Assembly: GCF_004010195.1 (NCBI RefSeq)
Contig: NC_057750.1
Span: 4,326,759-4,388,641 of the forward strand
Origin: Chiloscyllium plagiosum
Lineage: Eukaryota
DNA length: 61,883 nucleotides
Reading direction: 5' to 3'
Shown here: piece by piece, positions 38,873-50,604 of the stretch
Layout of the letters: every line of letters starts with the position of its first letter
Numbering within the stretch: position 1 is the stretch's first letter
Notes under the pieces: model-generated
What the model was told of the DNA's origin: nothing
Seen by the model: the letters and a program-made list of their open reading frames with translations, nothing else
The model's database searches: none
Made by a program: the position numbers and the translations under genes

Positions 38873-38905
38873 TTTGAAGTAATTTCTGAATGGTTGGACC
38901 ACTGG
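38873..38905 (-). CDS. DPF1: Candidate 33-nt DPF1 cassette exon
   Basis: ttccctctctttacatctcag|CCAGTGG...CTTCAAA|gtaagc; in phase 1 reads PSGPTIQKLLQ. Confidence 0.4.
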
Positions 38906-40171
38906 CTGAGATGTAAAGAGAGGGAAGGCTAGGGGCCTGAAACCCATCCTGTGCTATAGACAGATTCCTGTTTCATTGTAGCCCCATGGTTGGGGTTTGG
39001 GGGAATGGAGGGAGGGGGAGAGCTCAGGGAACGGTCTCCGCTAGTGACTTCACATCAAGAATAGCCACTTGCGCCAGGAATGGGCATTATCAACTCCTGA
39101 AGGATTGGCCTGGAGTCTCCAGGAATTGAAAACTAACCCCTGGTCACGGTAATGAGCAAAGCCCAGGAGATGAATCCATGGGCCAAATTAAAAAACAGTC
39201 TGAGTTTAGTAAAAAAAATTTCTTCCCTCTAAAAAAAGTACTTCAGACGGGAAAATGGTTGCCTGACACACTATCAGAAATCGTTCAAGGAGTTGAGGTG
39301 GGCATGGATGGGGGAACAGGAAGAACAGTAGGGGAGGGTAAATGATGTTAGGGTCTGGAGATCTACCTCCAGGAATGAGTCTGATTGATCTCAGCAACAC
39401 CCAATCACAACACTCCACTCCACAATTCGGGGATCAATTTACCTGATGGGAAAGAGGTAAAAATACATTGATTTGGGGCCGATGGAGCTCGAAGAGATTA
39501 CAATGGAGGCACAGAGTGAAAAAGGAAGGAAGAAAGGGTCAACATTGATATACAAAGCTCTGGACTGCGCTGGAGTACTGTGTCCAATCGTAGGCACCGT
39601 CTTTCAGGAGGGATGTGAAATATTTGGAGTGGGTGCAGCTAAGTCGCCCAAGAATGGTCCCAGGATGAAGAACTTCAAACAGGAGGGTAGGATGGGGAGG
39701 TGGGAACTGTCTTCCTCAGAGTTGGCTGCGGGAAGATTTGATGGAGATCAGGAGGGGTCCTTGACAGAGGAGACAGGGAAAAAAATCCCATTTCCCCGAT
39801 AAACAGATTGGGAGCCAGAGAACACAGTAACTGCAGAGCGGACCGAATGGCCATTTGAGCAGAATCACTCTTACACAGGGAGTGCTTACAGTCTGTCTCT
39901 AGAGAGAGAGAGAGAGAGACGTTTGACAGATTCAATTGTGGCTTTCCGAAGGGAAATCAGATGCATTCTTGACAGGAAGAGGGAGTGGCTGATTTGCTCT
40001 CACAGAGAGCTGGCAGGGTCAGGATGGGAGGAACTGCCTCTTTCTGCACAGTGTAACCATTCCCTAATTCAAATCCCAGGACCTACTCAAAGCAGCACAC
40101 GCTGAACGACACAGACCCCCAGCTCCCCACCCACCCTCCCCCGAAGCTGCAAAGTGAATGTTTTAGCTTAC

Positions 40172-40303
40172 GTTTGTGGTTGTTCTTTCGATGGAAAGGC
40201 AGAGTGTGGCGCTCCAGCTCATCCTCGCCCTCCTCCTCCGCCAGGTGAGTGTGAGTGTAGTGGTAGCTCAGGCCTGGTCGGTTCTTGTACCGTTTTCCAC
40301 AGA
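40172..40303 (-). CDS. DPF1: DPF1 coding exon 7 (132 nt), C2H2 zinc finger
   Basis: (I)[43 protein letters not shown]; acceptor ttgcccacag|, donor AAC|gtaagc; phase 1 to 1. Confidence 0.96.
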
Positions 40304-40829
40304 CTGTGGGCAACAAAAAGGGAGAGAGGATGTGAGTCACCTCAAAACTGTGGGAAAACCCAACCTCCCAAAGACCTGGACCCAAACCAGCAACCCTCTC
40401 TCCCCTTTTCAATTCAATCCTTTTCCATCAACTTGGACCCTAGCTCAGCAGGAAGCAGTCAAAGTCTTTAAGCCAAGGATGTGACCTAGGCCGGCCCTCT
40501 CTCTGCAGTACTGAGCAGGTGCTGGAGTGTTAGCAGTGCTATTATCCCCGATTAAACTATTAAACTGAGATGCCATGGTCACTATCTCAAGGGTCAGCAG
40601 GTTGAGAGCTTCATATGGTTTGGCCAATATTGACCCTTCGATCAACATCAGGTGAAACTGACTACCTGGTCATCTGTCATATTGCTGCTGGTGGGATCTT
40701 TCTGGCAAGCATTATAACAGGGAGCCCACTTCAAATTAGTCCATTTCTTTGGCTGTAAAAGCTCTTTGCAGATTGGTTAAGTAAAGGCTTGCGTGATGCC
40801 CTTTCCCTCTGACAGAGGAATCTACTCAC

Positions 40830-40908
40830 TGTCGCAGACGTACGGTTTATCTCGATCTTCCAACGATGTCGGCTCTTGCCTCTTGCGCATCCCTCCGATG
40901 CCACAGGT
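40830..40908 (-). CDS. DPF1: DPF1 coding exon 6 (79 nt), start of C2H2 finger
   Basis: Read by hand (frame absent from the ORF track): [26 protein letters not shown]; acceptor tgtctcctccag|, donor ACA|gtgagt; phase 0 to 1. Confidence 0.94.
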
Positions 40909-43777
40909 CTGGAGGAGACAGCAGAAAGACTGAGAGTTATCTTAACCTTGGTAATGTCACACAAAATCTCCTTGGAGGCTCGAAGCCATGAGGAGACAAT
41001 CACCTGCAGATACTTGTCTTGAACCTACCAACTAGGAGTAAACGTAAGCCATTCAGCCCTTCTGTCCTTCCTCGTCCATTCAATAAGACCATGGCTGATC
41101 TGATTGCTCCACATTCCCACCTACCCGAGATAATCTTTCACCTGTACTTGCTTGGAGACAGTAAGGACTGCAGATGCTGAAAGTCAGAGTCAATAGGTAC
41201 AAAGCTGGAAAAGCACAGCAGGTCAGACAGCACTTGAGGAGCAAGAAAGTCAACATTTTAGGAGCTGGAAAGTCAACATTTTGGGTCGAAATCTTTCTTT
41301 GGGACAAGTGAAGGGTTTTGGCTCGAAATGTTGACTTTCCTTCTCCTCAGATGCTGTCCAACCTGCTGTGTTTTTCCAGCTTCACATCTATGCACCCCTA
41401 CATACTTGTCAAGAGTCTCTCTGCCCCGCCTTAAAAATATTCGAAGACACTGCTTCCACTGCCTTTTCAGAAAAGATTCTTGATTCACTGAGAGAAAACC
41501 TGTCCCTTCATCTGCCTTAAATGGGTGACCCTTTATTTCTAACAGTTCTGGATTTTCACACAAGAGGAAACGTCCATTCCCCAACCATGCTGCCAAAACC
41601 CGTCAGGAGCTTATTATTTCAATCAAGTTAGCTCTTATTCCTCTAAAGTCCAGTGGATACAAGCCCAGTCTGTCCAACATTTCCTCATTACCCATAAGGT
41701 AATTCAAGGTATCAATCTAGGAAACGTTCTCTGAACTGGCTCCAACGTGGCGACATCCTCCCTTAAATAAGGCGGCCAATATTGTGCGTTGTACTTCAGA
41801 CGCAGTCTCGCTAATGGCCTGTGTAGCTAAAGCATAATCTAAAGTGCTGGAGAAACTCAGCAGGTTTGTAGCATCTGTGGAGACAAACAGAGTTAACCTT
41901 TCAAGTTTGGTATGACTTCTTCAGATTGCCATTCTTTGTTCTAAAGAAGTCCCATTGGACTCTGTATGTTAACTCAGTTTCTTTCTCCACAGATGCTGCC
42001 AGACCTGCCTGAGTTTCTCCAACTATTTCTGTTTTATTTCAAATTTCCAATCTTTTGCTTTTATTTCACTTCCTACTTTTACATTAAGTTGCCTTAGTGA
42101 TAAATTATAACATTCTATGAGTTTTTCTCATTACTTGCTGTTCCTGCAGACAAACCCTTTCCAACTCATGCGCTAGGTCCCCCAGATCCCCCTGCATCTC
42201 AGAGCTCTCCAATCTCCCACCATTTAGATGATATACTTTCTTACATTCTTCTTTCCAAAATGAGCCATTTCACATTTTTCCTCGTTATATTCCATTTGCC
42301 AGGCTTTTGTCCACTCACGGAATCTATCTAAATCCCTCTTACAGACTCCTGATGTTCACCTGGGGAGGTGATGGCCTGTGGTATTATCACTGGACTGTTA
42401 ATCCAGAGACCCAGCTAATGGTCTGGGGACTCTGGTTCAAATCCTGTCACAGCAGGTGGTGGAATTTGAATTCAATTTTTTTTTAAAAACTCGAGTTAAG
42501 AGTTTTATGATAACCATGAATCAATTGTCAATTGTTGGGAAAATCCATCTGGTTCACTAACGGAAGGAAATTCATCCTTACCTAGTCTGGCCTACATGTG
42601 ACTCCAGACCCACAGCAATGTGGCTGACTCTTAACTGTCCCCTGGCAGTAAATGCTAGTCTAGCCAGTGATGCCCTCATCCCATGGATGAATAATAAAAG
42701 AAACTTCACAATTTACTCCCCTCAAAACCCTTTAAAACTCAAGAAAGGATTTAACACACAAGGACATCTCTGTGGGAGTTAAAACTGTTGGCAAAACTGA
42801 GTGAAGGAGAGGTATTTGTTGACACAGGTTGCTGTGATCTGGACCGTACTGACTGAAAGGATGATGGAAGCGGATTCAGTCCAGGAATTTTCAAAAGGGA
42901 ACTGGATGAAATCCCAAGGGACTGGGGGATCTGGGCACAGGGGAGTGAGACTTACCTTTAATTTTACTTTCATGGGTGTCACTGGCCAAGCCAGCATTTG
43001 CTGCCCCCATCCCTTTAACTGAGAGGCTTGCTCGGGTCATTATTAAGGGCAAATAAAATTCAACCATATTCATATGGGTCTGGAGTCACATGTAGGGAGC
43101 CAGACCAGGTAAGGAAGGCAGTATCCATCTTTAAAGGGGCATTAATGAACCAGACAGGCTTTTATAACAATCGATGATCATCATTATGGTCACTGACAGT
43201 CGGACTAGCTCTCAATTCTAGATGATTACTTGAATTTAAATTCCACCAACTGCTACGGTGGGATTTGAACCCATGTCCCCAAAGCATTAGCTTGAGCCTC
43301 TGGATTGATGGTCTAGTGACTAACTGGGGTAGATCCATCAGAGGGCTGACATGGACGTGTGGGATTAAATGGCCTCCTTCAGTCTATCATTCTCCGATTG
43401 CGTGACCTGAAGGCTTGATGTGTAACCTTACGCGAGTTTCAAAATGGTACAGCACAGAAGACCATTCGGCCCATGATCTTTGTGCTAGCTCTTCAACTGA
43501 GTTCTCCGATTAGGCCCACTCCCACTGCTCTTCGCCCATTCCACTGCAAATGTGATTTACCCCACCCCTCAAAACTGATGTCAACGTTTCCTTAACACTT
43601 CCTCCACTCAGGCAGCCACCCAAAATGCCAATGGAAGTCATGTGATTTCCTTTTGCCCCATGACCTGTCAACAGTATTGCCCCCCCCCAACTCATTTTCC
43701 CCACCCACCCCAGTTGTCCCTCTCATCCTTCCCTTGAACTCACACTTTGAGACAAAACAAAGCCCAAAACAACTTAC

Positions 43778-43867
43778 CCTTCCTTTGGTTTTATTTTTCC
43801 GCTTTGGCGTGTCTTCCTCCAGGTCATCAGCCTCGATCTCGTGAGGGAAGTCACTCGCTAAAATCCT
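43778..43867 (-). CDS. DPF1: DPF1 coding exon 5 (90 nt)
   Basis: RILASDFPHEIEADDLEEDTPKRKNKTKGR; acceptor tttctcacag|, donor AGG|gtaagt; phase 0 to 0. Confidence 0.93.
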
Positions 43868-43991
43868 CTGTGAGAAACAAGACGTTTTGAGGTTAGCATT
43901 GACAAGCAACTTGGCCAAATTGGGTGAACCATAGGGAGGTATAATAATGTGATTACCCTCCCTCTGCCAACCAGCAGCCATTCCCTACCCC

Positions 43992-44513
43992 TAGATTAGA
44001 TTCCCTACAGTGTGGAAACAGGCCCTTTGGCCCAACCAGTCCATACCGACCCTCCGAACAGTAATTCACCCAGATCCATTTCCCTCTGACTAATGCACCT
44101 AACACTACGGGCAATTTAGCATGGCCAATTCACCTGACCTGCACATCTTTGGACTGTGGGAGGAAACCCACGCAGACTCAGGGAGAACATGCAAACTCCA
44201 CATAGATAGTTACCAGAGGCTGGAATCGAACCGCTGCCTCACAGCACCAGGGTCCCAGGTTCGATTCCAGCCTCGAGTGACTGTGTGGAGTTTGCACATT
44301 CTCCCCGTGTCTGCGTGGGTTTCCTCCGGGTGCTCCGGTTTCCTCCCACAGTCCAAAGATGTGCAGGTTAGGTGAACTGGCCATGCTAAATTGCCCGTAG
44401 TGTTAGGTGCATTAGTCAGAGGGAAATGGGTCTGGGTGGATTACTCTTCGGAGGGTCGGTGTGGACTGGTTGGGCCAAAGGGCCTGTTTCCACACTGTAG
44501 GGAATCTAATCTA
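43992..44513. mobile_element. Head-to-head pair of HE1-like SINEs
   Basis: Minus copy 43992-44232 fused to plus copy 44233-44513; both end in aatctaatcta. Confidence 0.9.
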
Positions 44514-44571
44514 AAAACTTGCACTTCATGAAACCATATTGAGTTTCAAGATACCATCGCCTGCCCCATTT

Positions 44572-44750
44572 CCGCAGCTGGTTGGAGGTGCTGAGAGATG
44601 CCAATGGTATAGGTTCAATTCCCAAACCGGCTGAAGATACCATAAAGGTCTCTCCTTCACCTGAACTGTGGTGACCTTCAGGTTAAAGCCACCACCAGTC
44701 GTCTCTGTCTAATAAGAGAATGATCCTCTGGGACTATAGTGACTTTACCT
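44572..44750 (+). mobile_element. SINE family C (tRNA-like head)
   Basis: ggttcaattccc B box, core gtggtgacc.tcaggttaaa, tail gggactatagtgactttacct; related copies at about 21640-21840, 33550-33730 and 46107-46290. Confidence 0.6.
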
Positions 44751-44763
44751 CGTTTGCCCCTAC

Positions 44764-44891
44764 CTGGCACTCACTGATGCTCTCCTCGTCTTTTGGTTCC
44801 GCTTTCTTCTCTGCCGTATCCGCACACAGCAGGGCTTCCAAGGCCGGACCCTCAGGGAGCAGGCCTTCCTTCTTCAGAGCCACCTCAGTAT
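44764..44891 (-). CDS. DPF1: DPF1 coding exon 4 (128 nt)
   Basis: (D)[42 protein letters not shown]; acceptor tctgctcag|, donor CAG|gtaggg; phase 1 to 0. Confidence 0.93.
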
Positions 44892-47395
44892 CTGAGCAGA
44901 GACATGCAAGAGACAGCAGCATTTGGTCACTATGCTGATGACCTGGTCCTAACCTCCCTATGGTTGGGCCTTACCATAGAAATCACCACGGAAACAAGGT
45001 GGGCCCCCTTTCAATTATGCAACATTTAGGAAAAGAGGAAGTTACGATACTGTCACTGGGCTAGTAATCTAGAGGCCTGGACTGATTATAAGATCATACC
45101 AGAGGCCCTTCAGCCCATCAAGTCTGTACTGCCAAACTACCTATCGTCTCACTTTCCCACACTCGGCCTGTAGCCTTGAATGTGATGCACAACTAAATAT
45201 CTTTTAAAGGTTGCCACAACGTTGGACTGGGGTGAACAAGGTTGAAAGTCACATGACATCAGGTTATAGACCAACAGGTTTATTTGAAAACACAAGTTTT
45301 CAGAGTGCTGCCCCTCCCAGGCAGTGCATTCCAGACCCCCACCACCCTCGGGGTGAGAACATTCTTCCTCGAAACCCCTCTAAACCTCCTGGCTTCCACT
45401 TTACAATTGTGCTCCCTTATTACTGACTCTAATTCTCTGGAGACATGAGTTCCAATCCAACCACAGCAGCTGCGGAAATTTAAATTCAATTTATTAAACA
45501 TTTTTTGGAATTGAAGGCTAGTCTTGATGATGGTGACCATGAAACTATCAGCGATTGGCGTTAAAAGCGCCGTCTGGTTCACTAATTTCCTTCATGGAGG
45601 GAAATCTACCATCTTCACTCAGTCTGGCCTACACACGACTCCAGGTCACAGCAATAGGGTTAACTCTGAAGTGGCGATTCGGTTGCTAGGGAGAGGTGAC
45701 AAAAGTTGGACTTGCCAGTGATGTCCACAGCCCACTGAACAAATGAAAGAGAAAGCCCCCAGAACCTCCACCAAGCCCGACCCACCATCAGGGCGACCAA
45801 CCAGCTGACAGAATTTAGGGATTCTTGGGCATGGGGAAAGCACATCAAAGTGAGGCTGAGTGGTGGATGGGGGTGAAGGGCTGGTTGCCACTGAATCTGC
45901 TTGGGGGATGGGGGAGTAATGTTGGCAGCTCGCCAGAAGGGAGATGGCACCGGAGAGCTTGGTGGCTATGCAAATGTACTTACTGAGTGGGTACAAAGTG
46001 CAGACCAATGTCGTAATCACAGGCTCCAGCAACCCAGGGCTGGGGGGGACGCACAGTCACTGGGACGGTGGGTTAGCCTGCCTGTCATTTCTCTCAGCAG
46101 GAACCAGTGAGCTCAGTTAAGTGGACGGCTGGTTTGTGAAGCAGAGTGACACCAATGGTGTGGGTTCAATTCCCGCACCGGCTGAGATCACCATGAAGGA
46201 GTCTCCATCTCAACCTCTCCCCTCGCCTGAGGCGTGGTGACCCTCAAGTTAAAACCAGCACCAGCTGCCTCTCTCTGTCTAATGAGATAGTTAAAGGTAA
46301 AGTTGCCACAGTCCCACTAACACATTTCTGATGGTGGAGCGGGTGCAATCACCAAGGTAGGGATTAGAGCAGCACAGGATGGGAGGACTGGAGGAGGAAC
46401 AGACACAGACAGGGATTGATATGGAAGCAGTGAGATGGACATAGAGACAGTAGAGTCAACGGCCAGGCCTGGGCTGTGACTGACACACAGAGCTATGGGC
46501 TTTGTGATTCTGAAGGAGTGATGGAGGGTTGTGGGAGAAACGTCCTGGTAATTCTTGCTGCAATGATCTGAGTTTGTCACATTCTAAGGCAGAAAGGATA
46601 AGGTGCCACAGTCAAAGAGCCTGTGCAACACTCTGTTGATGCTGGTACATAAGTTAGGCTTTATAGAATCACTACAGTGTGGGAGCAGGCCATTCAGCCC
46701 ATCAAGTCCACACCAACTCACCGAACAGCATCCTAGCCAGACTCACCCCATCCCTGTAACCCTGCAGTTCCCAGGGCTAATCCACCTCGTCTGCTTATCT
46801 TTGTACTGTTGGAGGAAACCAGAGCACCGGGAGGCAACCCACACAGACACGGGGAGAAAATACACAGACACTCACCCGAGGCTGGAATCGAACCCGGGTC
46901 TCTGTGCTGTGAAGCAGCAGTGCTAACCACTGAGCCACCGTGCTGCTTGACAGGGTTAATGCAGGAAGGATTCTTCTCCTGGGTGTGTGCGTGGGCATCT
47001 AGAACTGGGAACAAAGTCTCAGGACAAGGAGTTGACCGTTTTAGACTGCAATGAGGAGGAATGTCTTCTCTCAGAGGGAGGGGAATCGCTGGAATTCTCT
47101 ACACCATGGAAGCTCACTCATGGAGTATGTAACACAGAGATTGATATGTTTCTAAATATGAAAAATATCAAGGGATAGTGTGCGGGAATATGGAGTTGAA
47201 GTAGATGAACAGCCCTGATCTAGTGGAATGGGAGAGCAGGCCTGAGGGGCTGAAGGGCAACCTCATGCTCTGTGTTACATACTCAATGAGTGAGCATCCA
47301 TGGTGTAGAGAATTCGAGAGATTCCCCTCCCTCTGAGAGAAGAAATTCCTCCTCGTTGCAGTCTAAAATGGGAGAGCAGGCCCGAGGGGCTGAAG

Positions 47396-47594
47396 CGCAG
47401 CAGGTCAGGCAGCATCCAAGGAACAGGAGAATCGACGTTTCGGGCATAAGCCCTTCTTCAGGATTCCTCCTGAAGAAGGGCTTATGCCCGAAATGTCGAT
47501 TCTCCTGTTCCCTGGATGCTGCCTGACCTGCTGCGCTTTTCCAGCAACACATTTTCAGCTCTGATCTACAGGGTCTGCAGTCCTCATTTTCTCC
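47396..47594 (+). mobile_element. Palindromic Penelope-derived insertion (family A) with two back-to-back hammerhead cores
   Basis: Cores at 47434-47461(-) and 47470-47497(+); TSD cYgaggggctgaag at 47382-47395 and 47595-47608. Confidence 0.8.
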
Positions 47595-47942
47595 CTGAGG
47601 GGCTGAAGGGCAACCTCATGCTCCTTCCCAAGGGCAAATAGGGACAGGTAATAAATGCTCACCTAATCCCATGCCTGAATTTTGAAAATTTCCGATGGAG
47701 AATAGTCCTTCGAGGTAAGACGGTGAGTGGGTCTGTGGATGTGAAATCTTTAAGAGAAGCCTTATCGAGGCTTATAAAATCATGAGGGGCATAGGTAAGG
47801 TGAATAGCAGAGGTCTTATCGCTAGGGTTTGGGAGTTCAAAATGAGAGGGCATTATTTTAAGGTGAGAGGAGAAAGATTTCAAAAAGGACTTGCAGGGCA
47901 ACTTTTACCACACAGAGGGTGGTTTGTATGTGGAATGAACTG

Positions 47943-48097
47943 AAAATGTGTTGCTGGAAAAGCGCAGGTCAGGCAGCATCCAGGGAACAGGAGAATCGAC
48001 GTTTCGGGCATAAGCCCTTCTTCAGGAATGAGGAAAGTTTGTCCAGCAGGCTAAGATAAAGGTAGGGAGCGCAGCATCTGCAGACCTCATTTTCTCC
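47943..48097. mobile_element. Penelope-derived insertion (family A) nested in a CR1 fragment (about 47757-48280)
   Basis: TSD tgtggaatgaactg at 47929-47942 and 48098-48111; intact core at 47998-48025(-). Confidence 0.8.
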
Positions 48098-48779
48098 TGT
48101 GGAATGAACTGTCAAAGGAAGTGATAGAGTCGGGTACAGTTACAACATTTGAGAAACATTTGGATAGGTAAATGAATAGAAAAGGTTTAGAGGATAATGG
48201 GACTAATTTAGCTTGGGAAACTTAGTCGGCATGGAGCAGTTGAATCGAAAGGTCTGCTTCTGTGCTGTATGACTCTAAGACAAAGTGGGGCTGGCATGGC
48301 GATGAGGGCAGGAGAAAGGGTAAACAGGAGGTGGGGGTGTGAATTTCCATTCATGAATTTTCCAGCCAGAAGCCTTGTTATTGAGCACAGACAGCTCCCC
48401 AGAAAGGGTCAGCCCTTGTCCACCTTCACCTTTAACTGGTGACGACCTTTCCAACTCACCATCAGTCAGAGAGGATGAGCTGCTAATTCACTGCCTGTTA
48501 ATTAAATGGTCGATGGGCTATTAGTCAGATCCCAGGGGATAGGAGAGAAATTCATCACGGCCAATCAGTGACTCTTAAAGAGGTGACATGCACACAATTC
48601 TGACAAGTCGCTGGATTTCCACAGCCGATCAATTAGTGAGTAAAACACTGATCGGAAGATTAGATGTCTCATCAATCAAATGGATTTGGCAACGATTTTG
48701 CTAAACCACTTGACTCTTGTTAATGTTGGTGTAACTGCTGGAGGATCTTAAAAGACACAGAGCATGTTCCATATCACAT

Positions 48780-49352
48780 TTAAGTAGGGCTCTGGGGAAT
48801 GTTGTCAAACAGAGAGACCCAGGGGTTCAGGTACATAGTTCCTTAAAAATTGCGCCACAGGTAGATAGAGTAGTTAAGAAGGCTTTTAGTGCGTTTGCTT
48901 TCATTAGTCAGACCATTGAGTGTAGGGATTAGGATGTCATGTTGAGGTTGTAGAGGATGTTGGTGAGACCAGTTTTGCAGTACTGTGTACAGTTCTGGTT
49001 GCCCTACTATAGGAAGGATATTATTAACTTGGAAAGCATTCAGAAAAGATTTACAAGGAAGTTATCAGGACTGGAGGGGTATGGGAGTTTGAAACTAGAA
49101 GGCATAATTTTAAGCTAAGGGGAGAAAGATTTAAGAGAGACCTGAAGGACAACTTTTTCACAGAGAGGGTGGTATGTACGTGGGGTGAGTCCAATTACCA
49201 CTTAAAAGACATTTGGACAGGGATATGAATAGGAAAGGATTAGAGGGATATGGGCCAAATACAAGCAAGTGGGACCGGTGTAGTTTGGGAAAATTAGTCA
49301 GTATAGACCAGTTTGACCAAACAGTGTGTTTTCATGCTGTACAACTCTGACT
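48780..49352 (+). mobile_element. CR1/HER1-like LINE fragment
   Basis: Similar to 16715-17348, with internal deletions. Confidence 0.75.
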
Positions 49353-50604
49353 CAACACGCCATTCAACCCAACTGTCAATGTTGGTCTTTATGCTCCCCA
49401 AAAGTCTTTGCCCCCTCTCCCTCCACCCCAATCCCTGTTCTCATGCCTTGTCCCTGTTTTGATCTCAGCTGATAGTCATACTGGACAGATCAGATCCCAG
49501 AGTGAGACCTAGCTCAATGGATTGCGTGTCTTTTTCTGCTATTTGTTTACTGCACTGCTCATATAAAAATACCATAAAAAGCTTATTACACAAAAGATGA
49601 CAACACAAACTGTGTTCCACCACAAGAATTATTTGAAACTGTCTTACTACAAATATCAGAAATAATATTTTAGATTTAACCCTCAACAACAACCCTTACA
49701 GATACTCAATCCCTAGGGAAGGGTGCCACTGACTCCACATGTTCAGCTAGCCTGTAATGTGGATGGTCCTGGCAAGGTCAGCATTTGTTATTCATCCCTG
49801 GATGTCCATGAACTGAATGGCTCTCCAATTGGCCATTTCTGAGCACAGTTAATGGTCAACCGCATTGCTGTGGGTTTGGAATCACGTGTAGGCCGGACAC
49901 AGTAAGAATGGCAGATTCCTTCCCTAAAGGGTAATAGTGACCCTGATGGGATTTTACTATGACTGACTGAATGGTCATTATTAGATTAGTTTTTACTCCC
50001 AGATTTTTAAAAATTGAATTCAAATTTCACCATCTACTGTTGAGGGATTTGAACCCATGACCTCAGAGCATTAATCTGGTGTTCTAAGCCAGTGATACTA
50101 CTCCACCTTGAATGATCCAAAGGCTTTGCCATACAGATTAGCACACTGGACCGCTCACACATGGTGGACATTAGGTGTGCAAGGAAACTGGTCACAACCT
50201 TTTGACTTTTCTTATATAGACACAACATGACAGCTTTCAAGTTAGGGACTGGGGTTGTCTATTCAGCACCGTGAGCTTGCTCCGTCATTCATTACCACAT
50301 CTGATTGTAATCTCAAATCCACATTTCTGCCTAACACCCACCTCCTTTCACCCCTTACTTAACAAGAATGTCTCTACCTCTGCCTTAAAAATATTCAAGG
50401 ACTCTGCTTCCCCTTCTCAGGAACAGAGTTCCAAACCTCATCACCCCTTGAGTGAAAAAAAATTCACCTCATCTCTGTCTTAAATGAGTGACTCCTGATT
50501 TTGAAACATTGACCCCCAGTTGTAGACTCTCCCACAGGAGGAAACAAAGTCTCCACATCCATCATGTCAATTCCCCTCATGATTTTGTATGTTTCAATCA
50601 AGTC

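Noticed and set aside
50262..50280. REST/RE1 site
   Set aside because: Only the left half (ttcagcacc) is present; the GGACAG half is missing.
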